A stretch of 64,000 nt of DNA from Candidatus Kapaibacterium sp. (GTDB lineage Bacteria; Bacteroidota; Ignavibacteria; Kapaibacteriales; UBA2268). Position 1 is the stretch's first letter; each line of letters begins with the position of its first letter. The DNA lies in NCBI GenBank assembly GCA_963665665.1, contig OY762428.1, positions 2,400,001-2,464,000 on the forward strand, written 5' to 3'. Below, one piece after another: positions 21,322 to 31,401 of this stretch. The notes under the pieces were generated by a model. That model did no database searches, had not been told where the DNA came from, and saw only the letters and a list, made by a program, of their open reading frames with translations. The translations under genes and the position numbers were made by a program.

Positions 21322-21369
21322 CAAATATTGATAAAACTAAATCATCAAATATTGATAAAACTAAATCAT
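21322..21369. repeat. Perfect 24-bp tandem duplication
   Basis: CAAATATTGATAAAACTAAATCAT x2 in a divergent promoter region. Confidence 0.9.
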
Positions 21370-21530
21370 CTGGAAATGTATGCGGGCAGAAATTCAGCCC
21401 GGGAAGTTCACCTGCCTGTTAATGCAATTGATTTATGATCGTGTTGCCTCAAAAAAATATTTTTACTTATTACTTATATTGATTATCTTTAACTAAAATA
21501 TTTTCAATAATATACTACTCCGGGTTTATT

Positions 21531-22529
21531 ATGGAGAATAACATATTAGAACTTCCAGAATTGATAATTCAGAAATCAGTGCATAAGATAATAGCCGATC
21601 CTTCCAGGGTATGGCAAACTGTTTCAGGCAAAAGGCTTCAGATATTGTCTCCGGGCAGGATCAACCCCAATGAAGGCCCTGATTTTGGAGAAACAGCTAT
21701 ATTGCTGAACGGAATGATAATTGTAGGGGATTGCGAATATCATAAAAATGCATCAGATTGGTTTGCTCACGGCCACCATACCGACCCCGAGTACGAAACC
21801 GTGATAATCCATATCGTTAGCCGCCTGACATCTCCGGAAAGATTTGACCATGAATTACTGCTGATCTCTGATGAGGATATTGCCGAAGCTATCAAACGGA
21901 AATCTGCTGATGTCGGGAAGCAGGACTTACGTTCGCTGGAAGAGCTGCAGCAATTTGCTCTGATCAGGTTGCTCAGGAAAAGCATGGATGCCCAGAAGCT
22001 TATTAATCTTTACGGTTTTGAAAGTGCATATAACCGTTTTGCCTGCGATTTCATTAGCAGATACAACAGTAAACGCCGCAGGCCTGTATATTCAACTATT
22101 CAGCTTGCCGACCTGATGAAAAATATTGACAGGATACCCGCTTTTTATTTTTTAAGGGAAATTAGCAACGGAGTTAATATTGAGATTAATGAAAGAATGA
22201 CCTTCCTGCTAAAGCAAAAAGGATATAACGAAGGCAGCCACCTGAGACGTGAGCTGCTGATAAATTGTATATTACCAATGGCTTTGTGCCTTGCCGACGA
22301 AGAAGCACGAATTAATTTGCTCCTTTGGTTCTGGTCGGTTCCGGCATTAAATAAATATGGTATCTTAAACCGAAGGTTCGAGGATATATCCCAGGATTAC
22401 TTATGGCAACAGCAGGGGATGCTGGAATATATAAAGGAAAAAGGACGCACAGGCAACCTGGTAGCCGAAGCATTCAGGAAATATGGTTTTTCGGAAGTGC
22501 TGTCGTTTTACAGGTTCGGATTCCATTAA
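21531..22529 (+). CDS. DUF2851 family protein
   Basis: LQILSPGRINPNEGPDF, GDCEYH, DWFAHGHHTDPEY, VIIHIV and QQQGML. Confidence 0.8.
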   Translation: MENNILELPELIIQKSVHKIIADPSRVWQTVSGKRLQILSPGRINPNEGPDFGETAILLNGMIIVGDCEYHKNASDWFAHGHHTDPEYETVIIHIVSRLTSPERFDHELLLISDEDIAEAIKRKSADVGKQDLRSLEELQQFALIRLLRKSMDAQKLINLYGFESAYNRFACDFISRYNSKRRRPVYSTIQLADLMKNIDRIPAFYFLREISNGVNIEINERMTFLLKQKGYNEGSHLRRELLINCILPMALCLADEEARINLLLWFWSVPALNKYGILNRRFEDISQDYLWQQQGMLEYIKEKGRTGNLVAEAFRKYGFSEVLSFYRFGFH

Positions 22530-22536
22530 AGCTCTA

Positions 22537-23163
22537 CTATATCAATCTGTTACTAAGTGTATATTCAGTTAGTTCATGATTGCTTTTCATGTTCATTTTT
22601 TCAAGAATTCTCTTCCTGTAAGTGCTTACAGTTTTGATACTTAAAAATATTTCCTCGGCAATTTCTTTTTGAGTTTTACCTTTTGCCAGCATTGTCATTA
22701 CCTGGAATTCCCTGTCAGAAAGAATTTCATGCGGAAGTTTCCTGCTGTCCATGGCCAGGATTTTTTCTGTAACTTCAGGTGAGAAGTAACGCCTGCCATT
22801 GGTAACTGTTTGTATTGCAGTAACAAGTTCGTCTATCTGATTGTTTTTTCGTACATAGCCCATGGCTCCGGCTTTCAGCACACGAATCGCATATTGCTCT
22901 TCGCTGTGAGTACTAAGAATAAGCACAGGTATCATTGGATGTTCGTTTCTTAAGTCTTTCAATGTTTCAAGGCCGTCTTTCCCGGGCATGGAAATATCCA
23001 ATATAATCAGGTCGTATTTGTCCCTACGTAATTTTTCAAGAAGTTCCAGTCCGGAATCAGCTTCATCAATCCTGCTTAATTCCAGGTTTTCCTCAATTTC
23101 GAGTATCTGCACCAGGCCTTTTCTTACTATTGCATGGTCATCGGCTATTATCATTCTAAGCAT
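22537..23163 (-). CDS. NarL/LuxR-family DNA-binding response regulator
   Basis: ADDHAIVRKG and LDISMPG receiver; LSDREFQV...SIKTVSTYR HTH. Confidence 0.95.
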   Translation of the reverse strand: MLRMIIADDHAIVRKGLVQILEIEENLELSRIDEADSGLELLEKLRRDKYDLIILDISMPGKDGLETLKDLRNEHPMIPVLILSTHSEEQYAIRVLKAGAMGYVRKNNQIDELVTAIQTVTNGRRYFSPEVTEKILAMDSRKLPHEILSDREFQVMTMLAKGKTQKEIAEEIFLSIKTVSTYRKRILEKMNMKSNHELTEYTLSNRLI

Positions 23164-24629
23164 TATGTATAGTCTCCCGAAGGAATTAATAATTCAACTT
23201 TCGTGCCTCTTCCTGAAACACCGTTAATTCTGATTGATCCGCCAATAGTAGAAGCTCTTTCGCTGATTCCGATAAGGCCGAACGATCCGGGTGCATTGAT
23301 TTCCTTTTCGGAAATTCCAATACCATTATCCTCGACAACAAGTTTCAGCAGATTATTTTCTTCCTTTAGCGTAAAAACTGCTTTGTCAGCTTTAGAATGC
23401 CTGATAATGTTGGTCAGCAATTCCTGAAATATTCTGAAAACTACAACCGAAACCTGCTCTCCCGGGGATATCTCCTTTGGGTCAACATTCAGCTCGTGCC
23501 GTATTCCCGAACGTTTGCTAAAATCATCGGCCTGCCATTCCAGGGCAGATACAAGCCCGAAATGATCGAGTATTGAAGGCCTGAGCCTTGAGGTAATATT
23601 GCAAACGGCATCAGATGTATGGTCTATCAATTCATGCATCTGCCTGATTTTTTGGGAAACATCTTCATCACTGGGTTTTATCTTTTTTTTAAGCCAGGAT
23701 AGATCGAGCGAAAGTGCCGTTAGTGCCTGCCCGAGTTGATCGTGAATTTCCACGGCTATTCTTTTTCTTTCCTCTTCGCGTACTTTTTGAATATGCTTTG
23801 TAAGGCTTCTCAATTTTTCCCGCGATTCTCTTAGTTTGTCCTCGGCAACTTTCCTGTCGCTGATGTTTCTTGCGATTATCGAAACACCGTGGATTTTCGA
23901 ATTTGAATCGCTGATCCTGGAAATTGTAAGCGAAACATATACTAACCTGCCAAGAATATTCTTGCATTCCTTATCAAAACGTTCGATATTTTCGCCACAG
24001 ATTATATCCTCGACTATTGTCTGAAATTTTGCCGGTGCTTCCGGAGATAGTATTATAGATATAGGTTTGGATATTGCCTCGGAAGAAAGATAGCCAAATA
24101 TTTTCTCTGCACCTTTGTTCCATGTTTGAACAATACCAAGGGAATTTGTGCTGATTATAGCAGCATCAGAAGTATTTACCAGGTTAACCATTCTCAGCAT
24201 ATTTTCCCGGGACAATTCATCCTCGGGTACAATACGTGCTTCGGTAACCACGAAATCCCCACCACCGGCTTTAACGTTCAGAGATTCAAATTCAACATTG
24301 AGCCTTTTGCCAGTTTTAGTGATAAGAATTATGTCCCCAGAAAAACGGCCTTTTTCTCTGATAGCGGCATTCATTTCATTAATTTCCAAAATTGATTCCG
24401 GAGCGGCAATTTCCGCCGGACTCAGCCTTAGCAATTCATCTTTTTCATATTCCAGTTTTTCTATTGCCACTTTGTTCAGGTCGATAAACCTGGCAGTTTT
24501 GATATTAGCTTCGTTATGTTGCAGAAAAACAAAGTCAGGAGAGTTTTCGAGTATAGCCCCATAAAGCGAAGCCCTGTCGAAATCAATGTTATATTTCCCG
24601 GCAAATTGATATTTTTTTTCCTTTTCCAT
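23163..24629 (-). CDS. PAS-domain sensor histidine kinase (HisKA_3)
   Basis: Two PAS domains; EEERKRIAVEIHDQLGQ, QELLTNIIRH, DNGIG and GRGT; overlaps the regulator start by 1 nt. Confidence 0.95.
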   Translation of the reverse strand: MEKEKKYQFAGKYNIDFDRASLYGAILENSPDFVFLQHNEANIKTARFIDLNKVAIEKLEYEKDELLRLSPAEIAAPESILEINEMNAAIREKGRFSGDIILITKTGKRLNVEFESLNVKAGGGDFVVTEARIVPEDELSRENMLRMVNLVNTSDAAIISTNSLGIVQTWNKGAEKIFGYLSSEAISKPISIILSPEAPAKFQTIVEDIICGENIERFDKECKNILGRLVYVSLTISRISDSNSKIHGVSIIARNISDRKVAEDKLRESREKLRSLTKHIQKVREEERKRIAVEIHDQLGQALTALSLDLSWLKKKIKPSDEDVSQKIRQMHELIDHTSDAVCNITSRLRPSILDHFGLVSALEWQADDFSKRSGIRHELNVDPKEISPGEQVSVVVFRIFQELLTNIIRHSKADKAVFTLKEENNLLKLVVEDNGIGISEKEINAPGSFGLIGISERASTIGGSIRINGVSGRGTKVELLIPSGDYT

Positions 24630-24800
24630 CCGTCAAATTCCGATAAATCTTTCCATTTCAAAAAAATAATTTAAAAAATTACAACAATACCACCAAAATC
24701 TAAATAATATTATTGGTAAAGCGCGCGTTACCCGGCATGATTAGCGAATAAATACAGTTCAACCTGCTGCCTTATCTGTTAGCGAAATTTACTTTGGTTT

Positions 24801-25991
24801 TTATGCCCGTGGCTTATAAATATTATTATAACTTATTGAACCCAAAACAACTTCGCTGTAAGCTCCCGTAACGGCAGGCACATTCCCCGGAAGGCCGCCA
24901 AGTGTTCTGTATGCCAGATAAGCAAAGCACAGAGCTTCCTTTGCATCAGCTGATATAGATTTTTTTCTTGTTGATTCCAGGCCGGCATGAAAAATTTCAA
25001 TATCCAAATGCTCCATGATAAATTTGTTTTTAGCGCCGCCACCGGAAGCATATATGAAATTCGGCTCGGCAGGCAATTTTTTGATCCCCAGGGCAATCGA
25101 TTCAGCTGTTAACATTGTAAGGGTGTTTATCATGTCTTCCGGTCTCTCTGATTTCCAACGGGGCCAGATATCAAAAATCAGTTTGGGATTAAAATATTCA
25201 CGACCCGTAGATTTTGGGTATGGCCTGGCAAAATATTCCAGTTTTAATAACTTCTCAAGTAATTCAGGTATTATTTTTCCGGATAAGGCAATCTTCCCGT
25301 TTCGATCAAATTTTTTACCATAATATAAATTCATGAAATAATCAATAAGCGTATTGCCCGGCCCCGTATCGAAAGCAATAATATCGTCAATATCGCCACC
25401 ATCCTGAAGCCAGGTAATATTAGCTATACCGCCAATATTCAGCATACAAACATCCGCATATTTTTCTGAAAAATACTCATAATCAAAAATTGGTACAAGG
25501 GGCGCTCCCTGTCCGCCAAGAGCAATATCAGCGCTCCTGAAATCACTAACAACGGGCTTTTGTAAATATGCAGAAAGCATTGAAGCCGATGCAATTTGCA
25601 AGGTTGACGGAAAAGGATAATAGCAGGCATCAGGATCATGCCAGACGGTTTGCCCGTGGATACCGATAGCATCTATATCAATATTTTTTCGTTTATCGAG
25701 AAAATTCTCTATCGCATCGCGGTATAAATTTGCCAGCCTGCTGTTCAATCCTGAAATATAATCAGCCCCGGCATCCAGGGAAACAACTCTGCTTATATCC
25801 TGCCGGAGTTCCTCATCAACAGGGTACTCGCCGGATGCAAGAACTCTCATTGATATTTTGCCTGATTTATTCCTTCTAAACCTTGCTACAGCAAGGTCTA
25901 CGGAATCAACAGATGTACCGGTCATAATACCAAGAACAATTCTCGGTTCATTTAGCCACTCCTGATTTGCCGAAGCAAATATATCTTTCAT
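24801..25991 (-). CDS. anmK: Anhydro-N-acetylmuramic acid kinase
   Basis: GIMTGTSVD, HGQTVWH, DFRSADIALGGQGAPLVP, FDTGPGN, KSTGRE and KEALCFA. Confidence 0.95.
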   Translation of the reverse strand: MKDIFASANQEWLNEPRIVLGIMTGTSVDSVDLAVARFRRNKSGKISMRVLASGEYPVDEELRQDISRVVSLDAGADYISGLNSRLANLYRDAIENFLDKRKNIDIDAIGIHGQTVWHDPDACYYPFPSTLQIASASMLSAYLQKPVVSDFRSADIALGGQGAPLVPIFDYEYFSEKYADVCMLNIGGIANITWLQDGGDIDDIIAFDTGPGNTLIDYFMNLYYGKKFDRNGKIALSGKIIPELLEKLLKLEYFARPYPKSTGREYFNPKLIFDIWPRWKSERPEDMINTLTMLTAESIALGIKKLPAEPNFIYASGGGAKNKFIMEHLDIEIFHAGLESTRKKSISADAKEALCFAYLAYRTLGGLPGNVPAVTGAYSEVVLGSISYNNIYKPRA

Positions 25992-26048
25992 ATCCTTTTT
26001 CCGATAATGTCAATTTCACTATCGGAAGTTACAAAATTACTTTCCATT

Positions 26049-26720
26049 TCAAAACATCAGAAGTGAAACCGCAAGGCGAAAATGCTCATCATTTTTAAAA
26101 CTGTTGAAACTATAAGAATAACCAATCTCTACGCCGAACCATTTGGCAAGATAAAACTCCATTGATATTTCCAGGGGCAGTACAAAGGCAGATATCTCTT
26201 TTTCCATGATATCACAGGTGCATTTTGTCACTTCCCTATAAACCAGAAGGGGAATTCCTTCGGAATATTTTTTACTTTGTTCGTTCACCGCGTATCTTGA
26301 TATACCCCAGCCATGGCCTAATCCTGCGGATAACTTAAGCCTTAACCAGCTTCCAATTGCATATTTTTTTATAGCGGTTGCACATAATTGATTGTATTCT
26401 GTCGGGTTTGCACATCCTGACTTTTGTTCGTGATAAGACGGAATTAATGTTACCATCCCGATTGTTACAATTCTTTCCCTTGCCAGGCCGTCATCAGCGC
26501 CAGTTATTCTTGTATAGTTCACTCCAATTTCAAACATATTAATTCCCAGGTTTATATCATACCTGTTGCCACTTCCCTCCCATGTGGAACTGACAAACGA
26601 CATTCCTGTCCGAAGGTAGTAATCCTTTTTATTGGCATTTACCGAATTTAGAGTCTTTCCGTTAGCAATTAGCAGGGTTGCGTTTAGAAGTGCAATTATT
26701 ATTATTGTAAACTTTTTCAT
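26049..26720 (-). CDS. Hypothetical exported protein, possibly a small outer-membrane beta-barrel
   Basis: Signal peptide, alternating beta-strand pattern and C-terminal Phe. Confidence 0.6.
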   Translation of the reverse strand: MKKFTIIIIALLNATLLIANGKTLNSVNANKKDYYLRTGMSFVSSTWEGSGNRYDINLGINMFEIGVNYTRITGADDGLARERIVTIGMVTLIPSYHEQKSGCANPTEYNQLCATAIKKYAIGSWLRLKLSAGLGHGWGISRYAVNEQSKKYSEGIPLLVYREVTKCTCDIMEKEISAFVLPLEISMEFYLAKWFGVEIGYSYSFNSFKNDEHFRLAVSLLMF

Positions 26721-26925
26721 TTTTATTCTCCCGAATATTGTTTAACATTCAGCAGAAATGTATGGATTTCCTTATTGCCGGTTGTCATACCATAATAATA
26801 ATGATGTCAAAAAAATGTAATATAATTTTGCCGGTATATGGTTTTTCGATTGCATTCTTTCTGTTGGAAATAATATTAAACTTAGTAATACAGCTGCTTT
26901 GCTTTGGAATTTCAGTTCTTCAAAT

Positions 26926-26955
26926 AAAAAAAACCCGGACATTATGCCCGGGCTT
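26926..26955 (-). terminator. Rho-independent terminator
   Basis: Minus strand AAGCCCGGGCATAATGTCCGGG followed by T8. Confidence 0.75.
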
Positions 26956-27093
26956 CGCTTTATTTTAAGCTGCCGTTTTCCCAATTTTCTATTGCCCTAT
27001 GAAAAGAACCGACACTATTTTTTGAAGGATTGGAGCTTATGAACGTGTTTTATTTATCGATTCATGGTACTCCGGCAGCCTGCACTATGGATA

Positions 27094-27723
27094 TTAGTAA
27101 ATAGGTCCGAGGAAAATACTGTTATTCCTTGCTATATATCTGTTCCATACTTCCGTTTGCTCTTCGTTGAGCATATCTTTCACTTTGCCGTTAAATTCAA
27201 ACCTTGAGTGGTAAACATCCCTTTCGAAATCCGCGTATATTCCTGTTTCGTCCATATCATTTCTTACTTCAGCATTCAATGCTGTTATCTTCACTGTCGC
27301 GGTTTCGTCATCGATCATTTCATTCTTCAGTTCATTAAGAATGTTTTGCCTTTCAATGTTTGCGTCAATTATCCTGGCATTTTCCTCGTTCGCTAAATCT
27401 GAAGTTTTTGTTACAATAAATTCTTTATGTTCGTTAAGGTACAACCTTATCTGTTCTTTCTGAGTATCTGTAAGACCGAGTGTTTCGATAATCTGGTTAA
27501 AATTGTAATTTCCGTTTGTTACAGCTGAATTAACAATCGACATCTCGTTTTCGATTGTTGCATCTTTGATGTCGGCTTTCTGAATGTCGATAACCGGCAT
27601 TTCAAAGTTGAAATCGTTCTCATTGTTTACCGGGTTTGTAATTCCAGATTCTGAACATGCTGAAAAAATCAGAGCAGCCATCATCATTATCATGCTTGCT
27701 AATTTAAAGTTTGCTTTTTTCAT
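27094..27723 (-). CDS. Hypothetical alpha-helical lipoprotein (Spy/CpxP-like C-terminus)
   Basis: GGAGG RBS, lipobox FSAC, LGLTDTQK and MLNEEQ motifs. Confidence 0.7.
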   Translation of the reverse strand: MKKANFKLASMIMMMAALIFSACSESGITNPVNNENDFNFEMPVIDIQKADIKDATIENEMSIVNSAVTNGNYNFNQIIETLGLTDTQKEQIRLYLNEHKEFIVTKTSDLANEENARIIDANIERQNILNELKNEMIDDETATVKITALNAEVRNDMDETGIYADFERDVYHSRFEFNGKVKDMLNEEQTEVWNRYIARNNSIFLGPIY

Positions 27724-28214
27724 TTTGGCCTCCCGGCTTTATTAATAATCGTTTCAATCACTGTGTGCAATATAGAGCATAGCATACAAGAAAAAAATAG
27801 CTGAAATCGTGATTAATCTGTAGTTTTTGAAAAACGGCATGTAGTAATTTTCCTACAATTGTGTAAAAACGATTTTATGAATTCATATTAATATTTATCA
27901 GAAAGCATGTATCCATGAATATTTATAACTACTACCACTTGTAGTAGTTTTTGTGAAATATCCCCATTTTTCTTAATTTATTTGAGTAAAAGACGCAAAT
28001 TATTTTATATTTTTTTTTGAATATTTTCTTTTTCTTTTAAAATTTCCTTCATTTCATTGTTCATGAAGGAAACGTTATTTCTCAGAAGATTGTATGGGAG
28101 TGATAGGTTTTAATGCCCCCCTTTATCCGATGCATCAAATCCGGCTTGCAAGTGCGGGGAATCTTTGTTATTTTTATTTTTTACGTGAAAACCATTGGCA
28201 GAAAGAGTTTTAAT

Positions 28215-29231
28215 ATGATTAACGAGATCAAAGAACTGAAAGATACAATGGCCGCAAGGCTGGAAAATGTGAAGAATACCGCAGGGCTTGAGGATTTCAG
28301 GCTGGAATTCCTTGTTAAAAAAGGAAAGGTGCAGGCCCTTTTCGACAGGATGAAAGAAGTTCCAAAGGAAGAAAAGCCGCTCGTGGGTAAAGAACTGAAC
28401 ATTATGAAGAAATTCGCCGAAGCAGCTTTCAAAGATCTGAAAGAAAAACTGGAAAGTGCCGGCGAAACTGAACCGGATATCGACCTGTCGCTGCCTGGAA
28501 AGAAATCTTTCCACGGTACTTATCACCCCATCTACCAGGTTGTGGATGAGATGATAGATATTTTCACCCGTATGGGCTTTACCGTGGCAGAAGGCCCCGA
28601 GCTTGAGGACGAAACCCATAACTTCGACAAAGTGAATTTTGCTCCCGACCATCCGGCAAGGGATATGCAGGATACTTTCTTTATCAAATCCGAGGATAAA
28701 GACCTGCTGCTAAGGACGCATACAACTCCTATGCAGATCAGGGTGATGAACGCCATGAAGCCGCCTATCCGCTGCCTGATGCCCGGCAGGGTTTACCGCA
28801 ACGAGGCAATAAATGCCCGCTCACTGGCGGAATTCCACCAGATAGAAGGCCTTTATATCGACAAGAATGTTACTTTTGCCCAGCTGAAGGGAACGATCAT
28901 GGCATTTGCAAAGCAGATGTACGGCGAAAACTCCAAGTTCAGGTTCAGGCCGTCCTACTTCCCATTCACCGAGCCGAGCGCCGAGGTGGATATAAGCTGC
29001 TACCTTTGCGGAGGCGAAGGCTGCCGTATTTGTAAATATACCGGCTGGCTGGAAATTGCAGGCTGCGGAATGGTTCACCCCAACGTGCTTCGCGCAGGCG
29101 GAATCGATCCCGAGGAATACACCGGCTTTGCATTCGGGTTCGGCATAGAGCGCGTGGCAATGCTGCGCTCAGGAATAACCGATATACGGCTCTTCTACGA
29201 GAACGACGCCCGCTTCCTTGAGCAGTTCTAA
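28215..29231 (+). CDS. pheS: Phenylalanine--tRNA ligase alpha subunit
   Basis: HPARDMQDTF, LRTHT, FHQIEGL, FRPSYFPFTEPS and GFAFGFGIER; start taken at MINEIK. Confidence 0.98.
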   Translation: MINEIKELKDTMAARLENVKNTAGLEDFRLEFLVKKGKVQALFDRMKEVPKEEKPLVGKELNIMKKFAEAAFKDLKEKLESAGETEPDIDLSLPGKKSFHGTYHPIYQVVDEMIDIFTRMGFTVAEGPELEDETHNFDKVNFAPDHPARDMQDTFFIKSEDKDLLLRTHTTPMQIRVMNAMKPPIRCLMPGRVYRNEAINARSLAEFHQIEGLYIDKNVTFAQLKGTIMAFAKQMYGENSKFRFRPSYFPFTEPSAEVDISCYLCGGEGCRICKYTGWLEIAGCGMVHPNVLRAGGIDPEEYTGFAFGFGIERVAMLRSGITDIRLFYENDARFLEQF

Positions 29232-29421
29232 AAGATTTACCAGGCCCCGCTTTTGCGGGGTTTTTTTATTGAACGATATCGTCTGATAAGCTATTTATAG
29301 CCGGATAAACCCAATAGGGAAAAATCATCCTTAATTTTTAAAAATCAATTGGATAAAGAAAATATTTTATTTATATTTTCGATATATTTTTTATATTTAA
29401 AAGTTGGCGGTCATGCAAGGA
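29208..29421 (+). repeat. Direct repeat copy 1 (pheS 3' end + terminator + downstream ~150 bp)
   Basis: Matches 32672-32886 with about 7 differences by manual alignment. Confidence 0.95.
29243..29270 (+). terminator. pheS terminator (a second copy lies near 32707-32735)
   Basis: GCCCCGC-TTTT-GCGGGG followed by T7. Confidence 0.85.
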
Positions 29422-29612
29422 AAGACTGCACAAAAAGTTAAGTAGAGTATTGAAATTGCAACAGCACAATTTGTATTTTTCACGAGCAAATGTTTACCTA
29501 AAAAAAGAAAAAGAAATAATCAAAAAAATATTATATTATTGTAAATTGCGGTTTTAGACAAATTGATTTGTAAAATTTGTATTAGATTGAGGTTTTTGTA
29601 AAAAAAGTATAA

Positions 29613-30113
29613 ATGACAGAAGAGCATATAAAAGAAGCCATATCATTGAGATATTTAGAGCTAATAGCTGCTTATAGAGGTTATGATGTCTCAAATTCTA
29701 AGAAAGATTATGGGCGTGATTTACAGATTGATGAAGTTGATCAATTTAATGGTAGGTTGTTAAGCACAAATCGCTCTCTTTATTTTCAAGTAAAATCTAC
29801 AACACAAAAAACAATTATTGAAAATGACAATTCAATTAAATATGATTTAAAAACAAAAAACTATAACGATTTAATAACTCTTAGAGATACTGCAAATCCT
29901 TTAATATTAATTGTTTTTGTTTTACCGGAAAACAAAAATGAATGGATAGAATTATCAAAAGACGAATTAATTGCACGAAAGTGCGCATACTGGTATATGC
30001 CTTCTGATAAAGCAAGTCAGTCTGATAATAGTATTTCAACAAGAATTGAGATTGATAAAAATCATTTAGTTGATTTAAAGACATTTGATTTATTATTTAA
30101 TAAGTATTTATAA
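29613..30113 (+). CDS. DUF4365 family PD-(D/E)xK nuclease-like protein
   Basis: KEAISLRYL, DYGRD, YFQVKST, YDLKTKNYNDL, PLILIV and CAYW. Confidence 0.8.
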   Translation: MTEEHIKEAISLRYLELIAAYRGYDVSNSKKDYGRDLQIDEVDQFNGRLLSTNRSLYFQVKSTTQKTIIENDNSIKYDLKTKNYNDLITLRDTANPLILIVFVLPENKNEWIELSKDELIARKCAYWYMPSDKASQSDNSISTRIEIDKNHLVDLKTFDLLFNKYL

Positions 30114-31210
30114 TGAAAAATCAAATAATATATAAAAATATAACCGACCTTTTGCTTAATAGAAACTGGGTGAAATCAGAAAGCAAATCTAAATTTGATG
30201 TTTTTCTACCTCCTGCTGACTTGGGTATTGAGAAAAGTTATTGTTTTTATTTATATAACAAAATAAATAATACAGATTTTGAAAAAACAATATTGAAAAG
30301 CATTGATGTATTAACTCAAATTTATTCCAATGATGACATTGATGATTTAGGGTCAATAATTATTGATGATAGACAAGTGTTGTCATTGCATATTCATAAT
30401 GACGAAATTAAAAATGGAAAACCGAGTATTCGATTTTTTGAACTTTTGCTTCATAATTCAAAAAGTTTATTAGAGCAAATAGCTAATTTTAGTGTGATAA
30501 ATAAACCTCATTTTTTTGACAATAGAGAAGAGGCAGAAAGATATTTGAATTATTGTAATTTTTTAAAGAATGATGTTGGTAGTCTAATTACTAAAATTCA
30601 ATTGCCTAATAACGAAGATATAATAGAAAAGACATTGTTTGATAGTGCTTTAAAAGCTAATCAAATTAATAAAAACTTAATAAATATTACAGATTTTGTA
30701 AATAATGAAATATTGGCTCAGGAGAATTTTGAGCCTGACGATGACTTTATTATAAACAATAAAAAATATATAAGTGTCAATGTTTCTGATAAACTGAAAA
30801 GTTTATATAAAGATATAGAATACTCAGATATTGAATTTTCGTTAAAAGGTGTTGACACTTTTGAAACAACAAAAGCGATTGATTTAAGTCGTGAGAAGGT
30901 AAATAATTTAGGTTCATTTTCTCGCAAAATACGAGAAAAGATGAAAGAGATTTCCGAAGATTTTGTTGACTTGACTGGAAAAATAGTAAAATTACAATCA
31001 AAAGATGTTGATAGTGATAAGAATACAATCACAATAGAAAGTATCATTAATAATGTTAAGAAAGATGTGTCGGTAAAATTAAGTTCTGACCAAATAAAAT
31101 TAGCAGCAGAAGCATTTAAGGATAGTAAAACAATCACATTAAATTGTAAATTAGAAAAAGAAAAAACTAAATATAAAGTAACAGAGTTAAACGATTTTAG
31201 AATTAAATAG
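30113..31210 (+). CDS. Hypothetical protein translationally coupled to the DUF4365 gene
   Basis: TAATG stop/start overlap; 365 aa, AT-rich; C-terminal OB-fold-like region (LTGKIVKL...VSVKL...AAEAFK). Confidence 0.75.
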   Translation: MKNQIIYKNITDLLLNRNWVKSESKSKFDVFLPPADLGIEKSYCFYLYNKINNTDFEKTILKSIDVLTQIYSNDDIDDLGSIIIDDRQVLSLHIHNDEIKNGKPSIRFFELLLHNSKSLLEQIANFSVINKPHFFDNREEAERYLNYCNFLKNDVGSLITKIQLPNNEDIIEKTLFDSALKANQINKNLINITDFVNNEILAQENFEPDDDFIINNKKYISVNVSDKLKSLYKDIEYSDIEFSLKGVDTFETTKAIDLSREKVNNLGSFSRKIREKMKEISEDFVDLTGKIVKLQSKDVDSDKNTITIESIINNVKKDVSVKLSSDQIKLAAEAFKDSKTITLNCKLEKEKTKYKVTELNDFRIK

Positions 31211-31258
31211 CCAGCTCCAGTTCCAAATCCAATAGGATAGTAAGGACTAAGCACGAAA

Positions 31259-31388
31259 ACCTAACAAAAGCTATACGTAATTTGGGTAAGGTGCTAAAAT
31301 TGAAGTTTATAGCATTAAATGAAATTAGTGGTAGATTGGAAATTAATCGTTTCGAAATCCCGCACTACGCATATTCGAGCCGTTGTGA
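31259..31388 (+). other. attC-like imperfect palindromic recombination site
   Basis: ACCTAAC...TATACGTAATTTGGG...CCCGCACTACGCATA...GTTGTGA; the inner arms pair 11/15. Confidence 0.65.
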
Positions 31389-31401
31389 GTAATTAGGAAA
31401 A

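Noticed and set aside
28113-28214. PheM-like Phe-rich leader (IFVIFIFY) upstream of pheS
   Set aside because: In frame with pheS with no stop and no clear attenuator; Phe codons are expected by chance in T-rich DNA
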